Below are positions 49,066 to 61,600 of a stretch of 64,000 nucleotides of DNA, in pieces. Below the pieces are notes generated by a model, which saw only the letters and a program-made list of their open reading frames with translations, was not told the origin of the DNA and did not search any database. Positions within the stretch are counted from its first letter, which is position 1. Each line of letters opens with the position of its first letter. The stretch is from Octopus bimaculoides. Taxonomy: Eukaryota. The position numbers and the translations under genes are program-made. The DNA is taken from the NCBI RefSeq assembly GCF_001194135.2, contig NC_068983.1, positions 122,088,590-122,152,589 of the forward strand, given 5' to 3'.

Positions 49066-52000
49066 GTTTAACGTCCGGTTTCCATGCTAGCATGGGTTGG
49101 ACGATTTGACTGAGGACTGGTGGACCAGGAGGCGACACCAGGCTCCAATCTAATTTGGTAGAGTTTCTACAGCTGGATGCCCTTCCTAACGCCAACCACT
49201 CAGAGAGTGTAGTGGATGTTTTACGTGCCACCGGCACGAGGGCCAGTCAGGCGGTACTGGCGACGGCCACACTCAAAATGGTGTATTTTACGTGCCACCT
49301 GCACAGGAGCCAGTCCATCGGCACTGGCAACGATCTCACTTGAATGTCTTTTCACGTGCTAGGGAGGCGACGTTGGTAACGATCAATGGCCATGCACGAA
49401 ATGGTGTATTTTACGAGTCATCTGCATAGGGGCCAGCCTATCGGCACTGGCAACGATCTTGCTCGGATGTCTTTTCGATTATGCAATATTTTACATATAA
49501 GCATTTGATTATGAAATGTATTGTAAAAAGGGATCTCAAATACCAGATGTTAATGCATTGTCACAGTTGATACTATTAATAATGTTGGATTGGCTGAATG
49601 TGGTCATGATGATGATTTTTTTTTCATTCATCTTGTAGAGAATGATGTTATAAAAGTGAAAATATGAAGTTGGAGTCTGTCAGTGTTAATATTTTATCTG
49701 TAAAATTCATCAACTTATTCCTAGTTTATCTCATCTTTTTCAGCACTTGAATCAAAAACTCCAACCACTCCAAAATCTAAGAATTCTTTGCAAGAATTTA
49801 ACAGACAATATACAGGTAATTTCTATTGGTTTTTAGCCAACAGCTCGTTCTGTGTTTGAGCTGACAAATGGTGATTATATAGTTATTCAATAATTTTCAT
49901 ATTGGAACTTTCCTAAGTTCTCTGAAAAGAGTTAAATTCTAAAGATTCTTGAAAGCTCCTGTATATCACCAATCTATAATCAAAAGCATGAAGTTGGAGT
50001 CTGTCAGTGTTAATATTTTATCTGTAAAATTCATCAACTTATTCCTAGTTTATCTCCTCTTTTTCAGCACTTGAATCAAAAACACCAACCACTCCAAAAT
50101 CTAAGAATTCTTTGCAAGAATTTAACAGACAATATACAGGTAATTTCTATTGGTTTTTAGCCAACAGCTCATTCTGTGTTTGAGCTGACAAATGGTGATT
50201 ATATAGTTCTTCAATAATTTTCATATTGGAACTTTCCCAAGTTCTCTGAAAAGAGTTAAATTCTAAAGATTCTTGAAAGCTCCTANNNNNNNNNNNNNNN
50301 NNNNNNNNNNNNNNNNNNNNNNNNNNNNNNNNNNNNNNNNNNNNNNNNNNNNNNNNNNNNNNNNNNNNNNNNNNNNNNNNTAAGTTCTCTGAAAAGAGTT
50401 AAATTCTAAAGATTCTTGAAAGCTCCTGTATATCACCAATCTATAATCAAAAGCATGAAGTTGGAGTCTGTCAATGTTAATATTTTATCTGTAAAATTCA
50501 TCAACTTATTCCTAGTTTATCTCATCTTTTTCAGCACTTGAATCAAAAACACCAACCACTCCAAAATCTAAGAATTCTTTGCAAGAATTTAACAGACAAT
50601 ATACAGGTAATTTCTATTGGTTTTTAGCCAACAGCTCATTCTGTGTTTGAGCTGACAAATGGTGATTATATAGTTCTTCAATAATTTTCATATTGGAACT
50701 TTCCCAAGTTCTCTGAAAAGAGTTAAATTCTAAAGATTCTTGAAAGCTCCTATATATCACCAATCTATAATCAAAAGCATTCCAACCTTGACTGTCTCCC
50801 CACTCAGATATAGAGTATCTATTTTATCCAATGTATCCATCTTTTTTTAAAGGCAGTAGAATGTGATTTGAGAGAGATTTGACTATTATTTCTTGAATGT
50901 TGAACATCTTGAAATGATGTGGAAACTGTGAAACATTGATAGAGATTAAGATTGCAATATTTGGAATTATTAGTAGTGTAGACATTGTCATCCAGATACA
51001 TTGAAAGATGGAAGAACTTGTTTGCAGTTATAGTTTGGAAATTTTTTTTAGTATACTTCCAGATTGCTCTTCCTTTTTGTATGTGCATTTCAGATAAAAT
51101 ATTTTGACTGGAAGAGCAATCTGGAAGTATACTAAAAAATTTTCCAAACAATTAGAAATTCAAATTCACAGTGAGAACTTAATCTTTTGCTTTTGGTAAA
51201 TGTTCCTGATTAATCTATTACACCTTTACCAAATTGTTTTATATAGATGACTAGGTAACAGAATATTTGATGAAATATTTCCTTTTATCTACCCCAAATT
51301 TGGTTGCAAATAGGAAATTTAATATTCTGTCAAGGAGCAAAGATCACTTCGTCTCTTGTTGGAAAAAGGAAAAACTTCCCTCCTTCTCCTCTATATTTTC
51401 ATATATTTGGTGAAATATAATTTCTTTATAGCACTGTAATGTTATTCTGTTATAAGGAATCACTCAGGAATAATTACTTGTGAATGATCTATTCAAATAC
51501 TGCAATATTGTTAACTATTGTGGCACATAATGTCGTTTGATGTGGATCACTTATGGTTTAGTTAGAAAATAATTCAGATTATCTTTTCAGCAGAAATGAT
51601 AATAATCTCTGTACCTTGTATCTCGGATTACTAACTGTCTTTTGTCTCTAGTCTTTAGTTGAGACAGAACATAACTGTGTATTAACTGCTGGGAACCTGT
51701 GACATTATAGAAGAATTTGTACTGGATAATTCCAAGTTGGAGGTGGATGAAATCTAAGGTTGTGATTCTTTCAGCTCATTGTTTACAGAAAAGGCCTATC
51801 TTCATCATTTTTAGAATAGCTTTCCCATGCTTGTCTGTGTTGGACAGAACTTTTCCAATGCAGCATCTTACCATTTATTACTTTCCTTTGTCATCTCTTT
51901 TGTGAGATTCAACATCCTGGAATCAACTTTCACAACTTCTGCTCATTTCTTCTTTGGTTTTCTTCCACTTGGTTCTCCTGGCTCATTTTTACCCAATTGT

Positions 52001-55000
52001 GTTTTTACATCCACATGCATTACATGTCTGTATCAATACAATCTTTTCTTAAGTGCACTACACCTGACTCCTCTTTCCTCCAGTTTTCTCTCAGCTCATC
52101 TGTACCATATTGCTCATGCACACTAACATTGCACATCTAGCAGGGCAGACTTGCTTCATTTCTATCAGCAGAGATAATAGTTCCCTGAACTTTTTTCCCT
52201 CCTGTTCTTGTTCTGGCTACTACACTTACAGACTCCATCCTTCCACTACTGATTAGGTAACCTAACAAAAATTATCAGCTGCTCTTACAGATCATTTCAG
52301 GCATTAAGAAGAATTTATTTTATTAGTGCTCTGATTGCTAATTACTCTTGTGCATCTTCTACATGTAAGTCTGTTTTCTATGACAATTTACTTGTGCTCC
52401 CAGTACAACTCTTGTTCACCACAGATCGTATTAAGTAACTCTATGAAATTCATTTGAACCTGGCCATTTCCATGATAGCAGCAGATTCCTATCTTCTTTT
52501 CTACTTACTAAAACTTTATCCTTCACCAACTTTGCACTGAGGCATCTTAGTTGTTTTTTTTGTGTTTATAAATACTATAATCATGCCTTATCACCATTAG
52601 AGAGCTATATTTATTATCCAGCCCTGACACTTCTCTTCCCGATACAGATTTCCATTAGTTGTGGTCTAGTGATTAGTCCTGGCTAATGGCGGGATTTGAT
52701 ATATATATATACATGATGATGATGATGATATAGGTGTACATATACATCTATATGTATACATATACATCTCTCTCTCTCTCTCTNNNNNNNNNNNNNNNNN
52801 NNNNNNNNNNNNNNNNNNNNNNNNNNNNNNNNNNNNNNNNNNNNNNNNNNNNNNNNNNNNNNNNNNNNNNNNNNNNNNNNNNNNNNNNNNNNNNNNNNNN
52901 NNNNNNNNNNNNNNNNNNNNNNNNNNNNNNNNNNNNNNNNNNNNNNNNNNNNNNNNNNNNNNNNNNNNNNNNNNNNNNNNNNNNNNNNNNNNNNNNNNNN
53001 NNNNNNNNNNNNNNNNNNNNNNNNNNNNNTATCGAAATGTGATTGTTTCAGTTTTGATACTGAAATAGTTTTCTTTTACTGTCAGTGTTTCTCCTTCCTT
53101 TCTTTTTGTATTTGTTGTTGGATCGTTCATAAAGGTTCATAAGAGAAAGTAAGAGTTGAAAGGATTTGTAAAAGTATTAGAAAGAGAAAATAAAATTTCA
53201 TTAGAGGGGAAAATGTTAATTTGTGTAATTTTATGGATTTTATTCGTAATTGGGAGTTATTTTGACTGAAAAAATAACGCTGTGACCTAAGTTATGGTAT
53301 TTAGAATATTAATTGCGATTCTTTCATCCAAGAAATTTGGAATTGTGTAAATGTATGAATTTTAAACATACACAGAAAATTTGCCTTTTATAGATGAGAT
53401 AAGATGCATGATGTATTTGTCAACTTTATTTCTTCAGGCCTTCAATCAAGATCTCCAAATACTCCAAAATCTAGGAAGCCATTATCTGAATCCAATAGAC
53501 ATGAAACAGGTAAGACAAAAGAAGGATTTTGTCCCTGATGTGTTTTAATAGTTAGCACATAAATAATGATCTATAACAAACATACATGCATGGCTGTGTA
53601 GTTTAGTAGCTTACTTTACCACCATATGGTTTGAGGTTCAATCCTACTGCATGGCACCTTGGCCAAGTTTCTTTTACTGTAATCCCAGGCCAACTAATGC
53701 CTTGTAAGTGAATTTGTTAGAAACTGTGGAACATTATCATCTAATGTTTGCTTTCCATGCTGTCATGGGTTAGACTGTTTGATTGAAACTAGTAAGCTCA
53801 AGAACTGCACCAGGTTCCAATCTGATTTGGCATGGTTTCTACAGCTGGATGCCCTTCCTAACGCCAACCACTCCAAGAGTGTTATGGTTGCTTTCTAAGT
53901 GCCACTGGTACAGGTGTCATTTACATGACACCAGCAATAGCCACAAGTACAATTTCACTTGGTTTGATGAGTCTTCTCAACCACAACATATCGCCACCTC
54001 TGTGAGGCCCAACTTTGGAAGATCATGCTTCTGGCAGAATGCGTATCTGTGTGTGTGTGTGTGTCACCACCACCACTTGACAACAAATATTGGTTTGTTA
54101 ACATCTCTATAACTTAGCAATTTGACAAAAGAAACCAATAGAATAAGTACCAAACTTAAATAATAAGTACTGGGAGTAATCTGACTAAAACTCTTCAAGG
54201 TGATGCTCCAGCATTGTCACTGAAACATGTAAAAGAAGGTACAAGGCAGCAAATTTTGGGCAGACAGTCTGATCAACGACTCCTTCTGGATGGAAAAAAG
54301 ACAATGTTTTTTTAACTTTGAACATAAATAGCTCTAACTAAATTCCATGAGATATTTGTCTATTCTCTACTGATTCTATCAGAGCTTTTATCTAACATCT
54401 GCCATCCCATTCAAGTATGATGATAAATGTAAGACAGCCATCATCTTCAGCAACACATTTCCAGTTGTTTTAGACATCCAGTACAGTTACACAGTTTAAA
54501 TATTCCTTGAAAATAATAAGTCAAGAAATTGTTGTTTAGCCCCAAATCAACCTTCACTGAGTAGACTTATCAGAGCCATTCTAGATGTTGCCATCCCATC
54601 TAGGACAATATTATTTAATGTGTCTTTTCCTTTTCTAACATGATAGGCTGTGAGTTGAGGGAGATTTAGCTGCTATTTTTAGTAAGTCATACAACAATTT
54701 AGCGGCTGTTGTTGGCTAAAAGTCAAAGAAGTTTTCTTCCCCCACCCATCTCTAACTCTGCATTAACCACTACATCCAGTCCTTCATTCCCAGAGCATAT
54801 TCTCTGTAGGATGCCCTCCATAGTCTCTTTTTTGTTTTTGAGTTATTCATGAAGAACAACTACATCAGTCTCAGAATTCTTGGAAGGGCTTTGAAAGGCA
54901 AAGATAGACCCTTCTTCTAGACCAAAGCATTTAAAAAAAAATAGAAAGTCAATGAGCTGAACCTTAATAGTAAAACCAAGTGAACCATCATCCTTCTACT

Positions 55001-58000
55001 TTTCAAAGGTGTTACTAAAATATTTCCTTTTCTACATTTCAGGTAGTCTTGCTATGACCTTACGGAAGAAATCACACAAAAGACCAGAAACCACTACACC
55101 ATATCGGCTCCGTAAAAGAAATCATTTTGGTAAGTATTTCTTTTCCCACTTTTTCTTTTCTAGGCCATTTGTAACTTCCAGCCTGCTATCTCTGGAGTTT
55201 ACTATGATGTCCTAGTCTGGATTAGATTGTTCTTTCCCAACACTTCATTTATGAGAGACCTACTTTGTATTTCTTCTTCCTATTAAATCGGCCTTAACAC
55301 TTTAACATTTAAACCAGCCATATCTGGCTCAAATATTCTACCTGCTTTATGTTCAAACTGGCCAGATTCAGCCTCTCACACCTACCCTACAATGTCATTC
55401 TAAAAGTAAACAATGGCATCATTGAAATCTCAAATCTATGATTAATTCAAAGTAGTATGAATAAATAAGCATTAAATTTGACAGAGTACCCTGAATGCTA
55501 AAAGGTCAAGAGATCTATATATATTGTTAATTTCTTTGTCTTGTAACTTCCTGTTTACATGGTTGAGGCGGCTTTATGGATGTTTTCCAATTTACACCTT
55601 CTTGAAATGATTACTGTTGTAACTGGCCACCACAAACCATTCACTCACAATGTAGGAGTAGAACTTGTCAGCCAGGTAGGTTGTGGACAGCTGAATTGTA
55701 GGTCATGCTCATGGATACACACTAAATCTGTGTTTGTAAGGTTTGAACTTCTAACTTTGTGGGTAATAATCTAGTACTTTAACCTCATGACTTGTCTTAT
55801 TGATCAAATTTTCACTGAAGCCAAAGATATTTGAATTTTTTTACAGCTTACAATGATGAATCCTCCAGTGACAGTTTATATTCTTCCAGTGATGAAAGTG
55901 ACTCAAGCTTTGAACCCCAACAGAAGGTCCTTTCAAACACTGCTGATTTAACTATCAAGGAGTCTAATGATTCCTCTAAAATTAAGCCAACTTCTGAAGC
56001 TAACACAAAAATTTCAACGCCAAGTGCTTCCAAAAAAATGCCTGAGGAAGATATGGTATGTATGTTACTGTATATAGTATGTATGAAGTATAAGTTATTT
56101 TTGTATATTACATTATATATTATCATACATGTGAAAGCATGTGACCTAGAGGTTTGGTTGTTGCACTCAAAATCACAAGATCGTGGGTTTGATTCCTGGA
56201 CCAGGTGATGCATTGTGTTCTTGAGCAAACCATTTCACTTCACATTGCTCTGGTCTGCTCAAATCTAAATGAATAACCCCGCAACAGAATAGCCTTCTAA
56301 TAAGGAGGAATGCTGGCCTGCTTGAAGCTAAAACAATGCGCAGAGCATTGTGGTCAGCGATGTATAACAACATCCAATAGTCTGGTTGATACTGTGATAC
56401 CACAATTATCCTACATATGCTGTCATATGAAAGAACAGGTTTTTAAGATAAGTTCTAAGAATTTGTACGTGCTATACTTGCTGCATAAGATTACAACAAA
56501 CTTTACACTTATCACAAGATCATAATTAATGAATTCTGCTATTTTGTTTTTGAGGCAAACTAGCTGATGTTTCTACATTTTAACAAAGTATAAAAAAGTT
56601 GTGGGTGTGGCTGTGTGGTAAGAAGTTTGCTTCCCAACCACATGATTCAGGGTTCGGTCCCACTACCTGGTACCTTGAGCAAGTGTCTCATATTATAGTC
56701 ACAGGCCAATCAACGCCTTGTAAGTGGATTTGGTAGATGAAAACTGAAAGGAGACTGTCATATGTGTGTGTGTCTATATGTATATGTTGGTATGTACCTA
56801 TGTGTGTATTAAGTGAATCTCTGTTGCATTTTATTACATGTGCCACCAATTTTGTTTTTCATATAGCATAGCCAACATATATCATGTTGAACAGAACTAA
56901 ACCACTTGCTTGGTATCCTGTTTAGTTGCTTAAAAATAAAGTTAGTAAAAAAAGACAATACTGATTTTCACTTAAAAATCATTGAAAAAACATTTGAACT
57001 TGTTACCTTCATTAGTTTCTGAGATACCGCATTAGAAACTTAATGAACCAATCAGCCAAACAAATGAAAAAAAATAAAAGTTTTTCTTTTTTTTGGTTAG
57101 ATATGCAAGATGACTGAATATTTATAGAGTGGTATAATAAATGTTAGCTTTATAAAGTAAGAAATTGTGTTAATAACATTTGAAATACATTTTTCTTTAG
57201 GTTTCTCTGAGCCAGTATAACAATAAAAAAATAAACATGGTAAATAACAATCATTTTAACAGTAGGTGCAGGCGTAACTGTGGTTAAGAAACTTGCTTCC
57301 CAATCACGTGGTCTTGGGTTCAGTCCCACTACATGGCATCTTGAGCAAGTGCCTTCTACTATAGTCCCAGGCCAACTGAGCTTTGTGCTTGTGAGTAGAT
57401 TTGGTTGGTGGAAACTGAGAGAAGACTTGTGTGTGTAACCAACCAACCAACCAATAGTTTGTTAAAAATTACTGATAGAATAACTACCAGGATTTAAATA
57501 TAAGTACCGGGGTCGATGTTTGACTAGACCCTTCTAAGTAGTGCCAAAAACTAGTGAAAGTTTAAAAAAAACTGTAAATGTGTCTTTTATGTTCATGTGA
57601 CATTGCATAAAACTTGTCTTATATTCTAACAGCCATCTGTTGTAGAACAGTATTTTGAAGTACATTCTACAAAAGGACTTACATCAGACCGAACACTATC
57701 TCGACTGGATATGCCACGAATTGATTTAGACGATTTACAGAAACTTCTAAAAAATGTCTCAGGAAACCATTGCAAGGAGTACAAACAGCTTTTTGACAAA
57801 TATCCTGAATATTTTGACAAATGGTTATTTTTACTCAGGTAATCTATTTCATGAATTCACTGTCACCTGTAGTTCTTATTTGTTATCTTATATGCTAGTG
57901 TGTAACTAAATGACTAAAGAGTACTAAAAGCTGTTGAGATTGGTGATGTATTACTAATTATTATGGAAGTGATAGTGTGTCCATATACATGCACAGATAG

Positions 58001-58183
58001 GTAAATATTTATTTTTTTATAATCATTTTAACTGTCTAGCATTCAGATTACTTTGTCAAATGCAATGCTTTTTTTTTATTTACATTGTTTTGAATTAATT
58101 ATGCATTATTTCATAGCTTTGAGGTTTTAACGATGTGATTGTTTCTTTTTAGACAGAAACTGTAAGAGGCCTGCCATATATAC

Positions 58184-58217
<34 letters not shown>

Positions 58218-58550
58218 CTATTTATCTCCCTCCCATCACTGCTTGACAACTAGTGCTGTTGTGTTTACGTTCCTGTAACTTAGTGGTTTAGAATAAAGAC
58301 TAGGCTCAAAAATAAGTCCTGGGATCAATTTGTTTGACTAAAATCCTTCAAGGTGGTGCTCCAGCAAGGCCGCAGTCAAATGACTGAAACAAATAAAAGA
58401 ATACATATATAAACATATATAAATATGTATTGCATATATATATGTCTGTGTGTTGGTATGTGTGTGTATATATACATGTGTGTGTGTGTATATATATATA
58501 TATATGTGTGTGTGCATATGTATGGGTATATATATATGTATGTATATATA

Positions 58551-58608
<58 letters not shown>

Positions 58609-61600
58609 CACAGGGGTTGGACAAAATAACGGTAGCACAAGAAATTTATTTTAATATGGGGTAGGACCGCCTTTGGCAGTAATTACAGCTTGAATTCTAC
58701 GAGGTATGGACTCATACAAAGTTTGAATGGCTTCCAAACAAATTTTTGTCCATTCTTGAGCTAAAACAGTCTCCAGTTTTTGTAGTGATGATGATGGAAG
58801 ATATCGACCCCTTACTTGTTTTTCTAAAATGCACCATAAATGTTCAACTTCACTAGAATGTTCCTTGTGCCATTTAGTAACAACTTTAGCTGTGTGAATT
58901 GGTGCATTATCATCCTGAAATATTGCATTTCTTCCCCGGAAACAGTTCCGCAACCATAGGATGAATTTGATCAGATAAAATGCTTAAATAGTCTTGACTA
59001 TTAATTCTACCATGAAGGGAAACCAGTGGGCCGGCAGATTTCCAAGATATAGCNNNNNNNNNNNNNNNNNNNNNNNNNNNNNNNNNNNNNNNNNNNNNNN
59101 NNNNNNNNNNNNNNNNNNNNNNNNNNNNNNNNNNNNNNNNNNNNNNNNNNNNNNNNNNNNNNNNNNNNNNNNNNNNNNNNNNNNNNNNNNNNNNNNNNNN
59201 NNNNNNNNNNNNNNNNNNNNNNNNNNNNNNNNNNNNNNNNNNNNNNNNNNNNNNNNNNNNNNNNNNNNNNNAAAGTAGTGGTTTTCTGATTGCAGCACTC
59301 CTGTGAAATCCGGCTTTGTGCAGCTCCCGGTGAACAGTTTTTGTGGAAACTGTATTCTTAAGATGGTCATTAAGCTCTGCAGTAATTTTGGGAGCTGTAC
59401 TTTGGTGATCCTTTCTAACAATTCGCGTAAGAGTCCGACAGTCCCTATCTGAAACTTTTGGCTTTCTTCCGGAGTTTTATTTTGATGAGGAGGTTTTTCC
59501 CTCTTTCTCAAAGGCTGTCATTACTTTCGAGACAGTACTTCTTGATACACACCAAACATTTCAGCTGTTTTCATTATGCTAGTGCCTGCCATACGAGCAT
59601 CAACAATTTGACCTCTTTGAAAGTCCGATAGATCTATCATTTTAATTACCTTTTTCTGATGATATCTGAAATGAAACAGCAATTTTAGCAAAACATATTA
59701 GGCCACACTAATAATAAGTCAAAAAGCATAAAAATAAACAAGCTTTTGATGGTTTTATAGATATTTCAAAATTATGATGTTAGGTGTTTCCATTATTTTG
59801 TCCAACCCCTGTATATAGAGAGAAACTGTGTGTGTGTGTATGGGGATGAGATACTGCTTATGCAGCAGCAGATTCTGTTATACATGTATGGGTGTATTAC
59901 ACTGTATTGCAAGTGTCTTACTACACTGTAATTATTACTCTATACTGTATTTCATAATAATGTGACTGCTGCACTGTATAGCACTGTTATATTGTGCAGT
60001 GTATTAACTGCTTTTATACTAATTTCTATAAGTCATTAATACAGATCTTTTTTTTTCTCAGTTATGGATTCAATATTTTGGTATATGGATTTGGTTCCAA
60101 GAAATCATTATTAGAAAAATTCTTCTCTAAAAAACTCAATGGATATGATCATGTTATTGTCAATGGTTTCTTCCCAAGTCTGTCAATAAAACACGTATGT
60201 TGACCTTTCATTTTATTTTATTTCACTGATTTTGAAGATGATGATGTTACGGCCTGAAGAGCCATGGGTTGGGTGGAATTCCAGTGTGTTGAAATGCTGG
60301 GAAAAAGTCATCAGGATTTTACATCAGTTTTCCATGCTGGGGTTGGATGGGTGATTATTACACTCTTTGATGGCTTTGAAGACCAAATCCCACATGTAAG
60401 TTACATTTTTTTTTCATGGTTTCTGTAGCCAGATGCCCTTTCTAACCACACAGGCACACTTGTGCCTATACATGTTCACTTTCCCTAATGAATGCCTGTT
60501 GACAAAGGGCAAACTAATTGAAATAAAGTATAAATATTAATATCTCAAGAGCTAGTAATCTCTTCTCATAAAAAAGAAATTAATATATCTTTGAGAGAGC
60601 AGCCCAATGTGAAGCACAGTACAAAATAGTAATAATGAATAAATAGTTTTTTAAAAAAATAACTAAAGTCAATAGTCCATAAAATAATCATCTATTTAAA
60701 TTGAGTTAATTGTTGATGAAATTTCTCTAACATGTGAATCATGTTTTATAACTACAGTTTAAAGAACTTAATCAATGTTATTGTCTTTCACATTTTAGAT
60801 TTTAGATTCAATAACAGAAGAGATTCTTAATGAAGAAGGAACATTTAAAACCTTGTTGGACCAGTGTGAATTTATTAAGAAGTCTCTAGAAGGTCAGTAG
60901 CTTTTTATTTGTTTCCCTTATTAAATTGCTATTTTTATTTTTTTGTGATTTATAAATTAGTGAAAGGAATAGTGACAGTACTTATAACCTTTGCTGGTTC
61001 TTATAGACTGGTGTGACTTATTTTCAGTTTTTAACATCTGTAGGCTGGTGTTTGCTATGTGAACAAAGAATGAATTGCAGTTCTGGAGATAACTTAAATG
61101 TTGGTTTATAGCTTTGGGTACAAGATCACACGTTTGTAATGAAAGAACTATAGTTAACTAAATTAATGCAGTACATTACTGGTATCTGTAGGCAAAATTA
61201 GATATAGCAAGGTTAGAAAAAACATAAAGGGATGTTTAAAAAAATGGAAAAAATTCATTTAGTCAGCCTTCTATCACTTCTGCCATTCTGTCAACCTTCT
61301 TCTTCTATCAAAGATACAAGGGTGACAAATTTTTGTGAGGGGGTACATCCACTTAAATTAAACCAGTAATTGACTAGTTCTTATTTTATCAACTTGGAAA
61401 GCTGAAAGCCAAAATCACTCAGGTGGAATTTGCATTAAATGCTGCAGGAGATTTTGTCCACCTCTCCATTAATGTACTCCTGAATCTATCATGAAGCTGA
61501 ATATTAGCAGGAACATGGAAATTTATATTATATAATGTTTGAACCCACTGGAGTTTTCTTATCACAAAGCAATATTACATTGTTGACGACTGCTTTTCAG

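Larger units (their letters stand above)
49664..50780 (+). repeat. Tandem duplication with a 324-bp unit containing an ORC2 exon and flanking intron
   Basis: The unit start atgaagttggagtctgtca recurs at 49664, 49988 and 50455; the units are near-identical with a few SNPs. Confidence 0.92.

Noticed and set aside
58338-58664. IYIY/CVCV/THTH ORFs
   Set aside because: Translations of (TA)n/(CA)n microsatellites.
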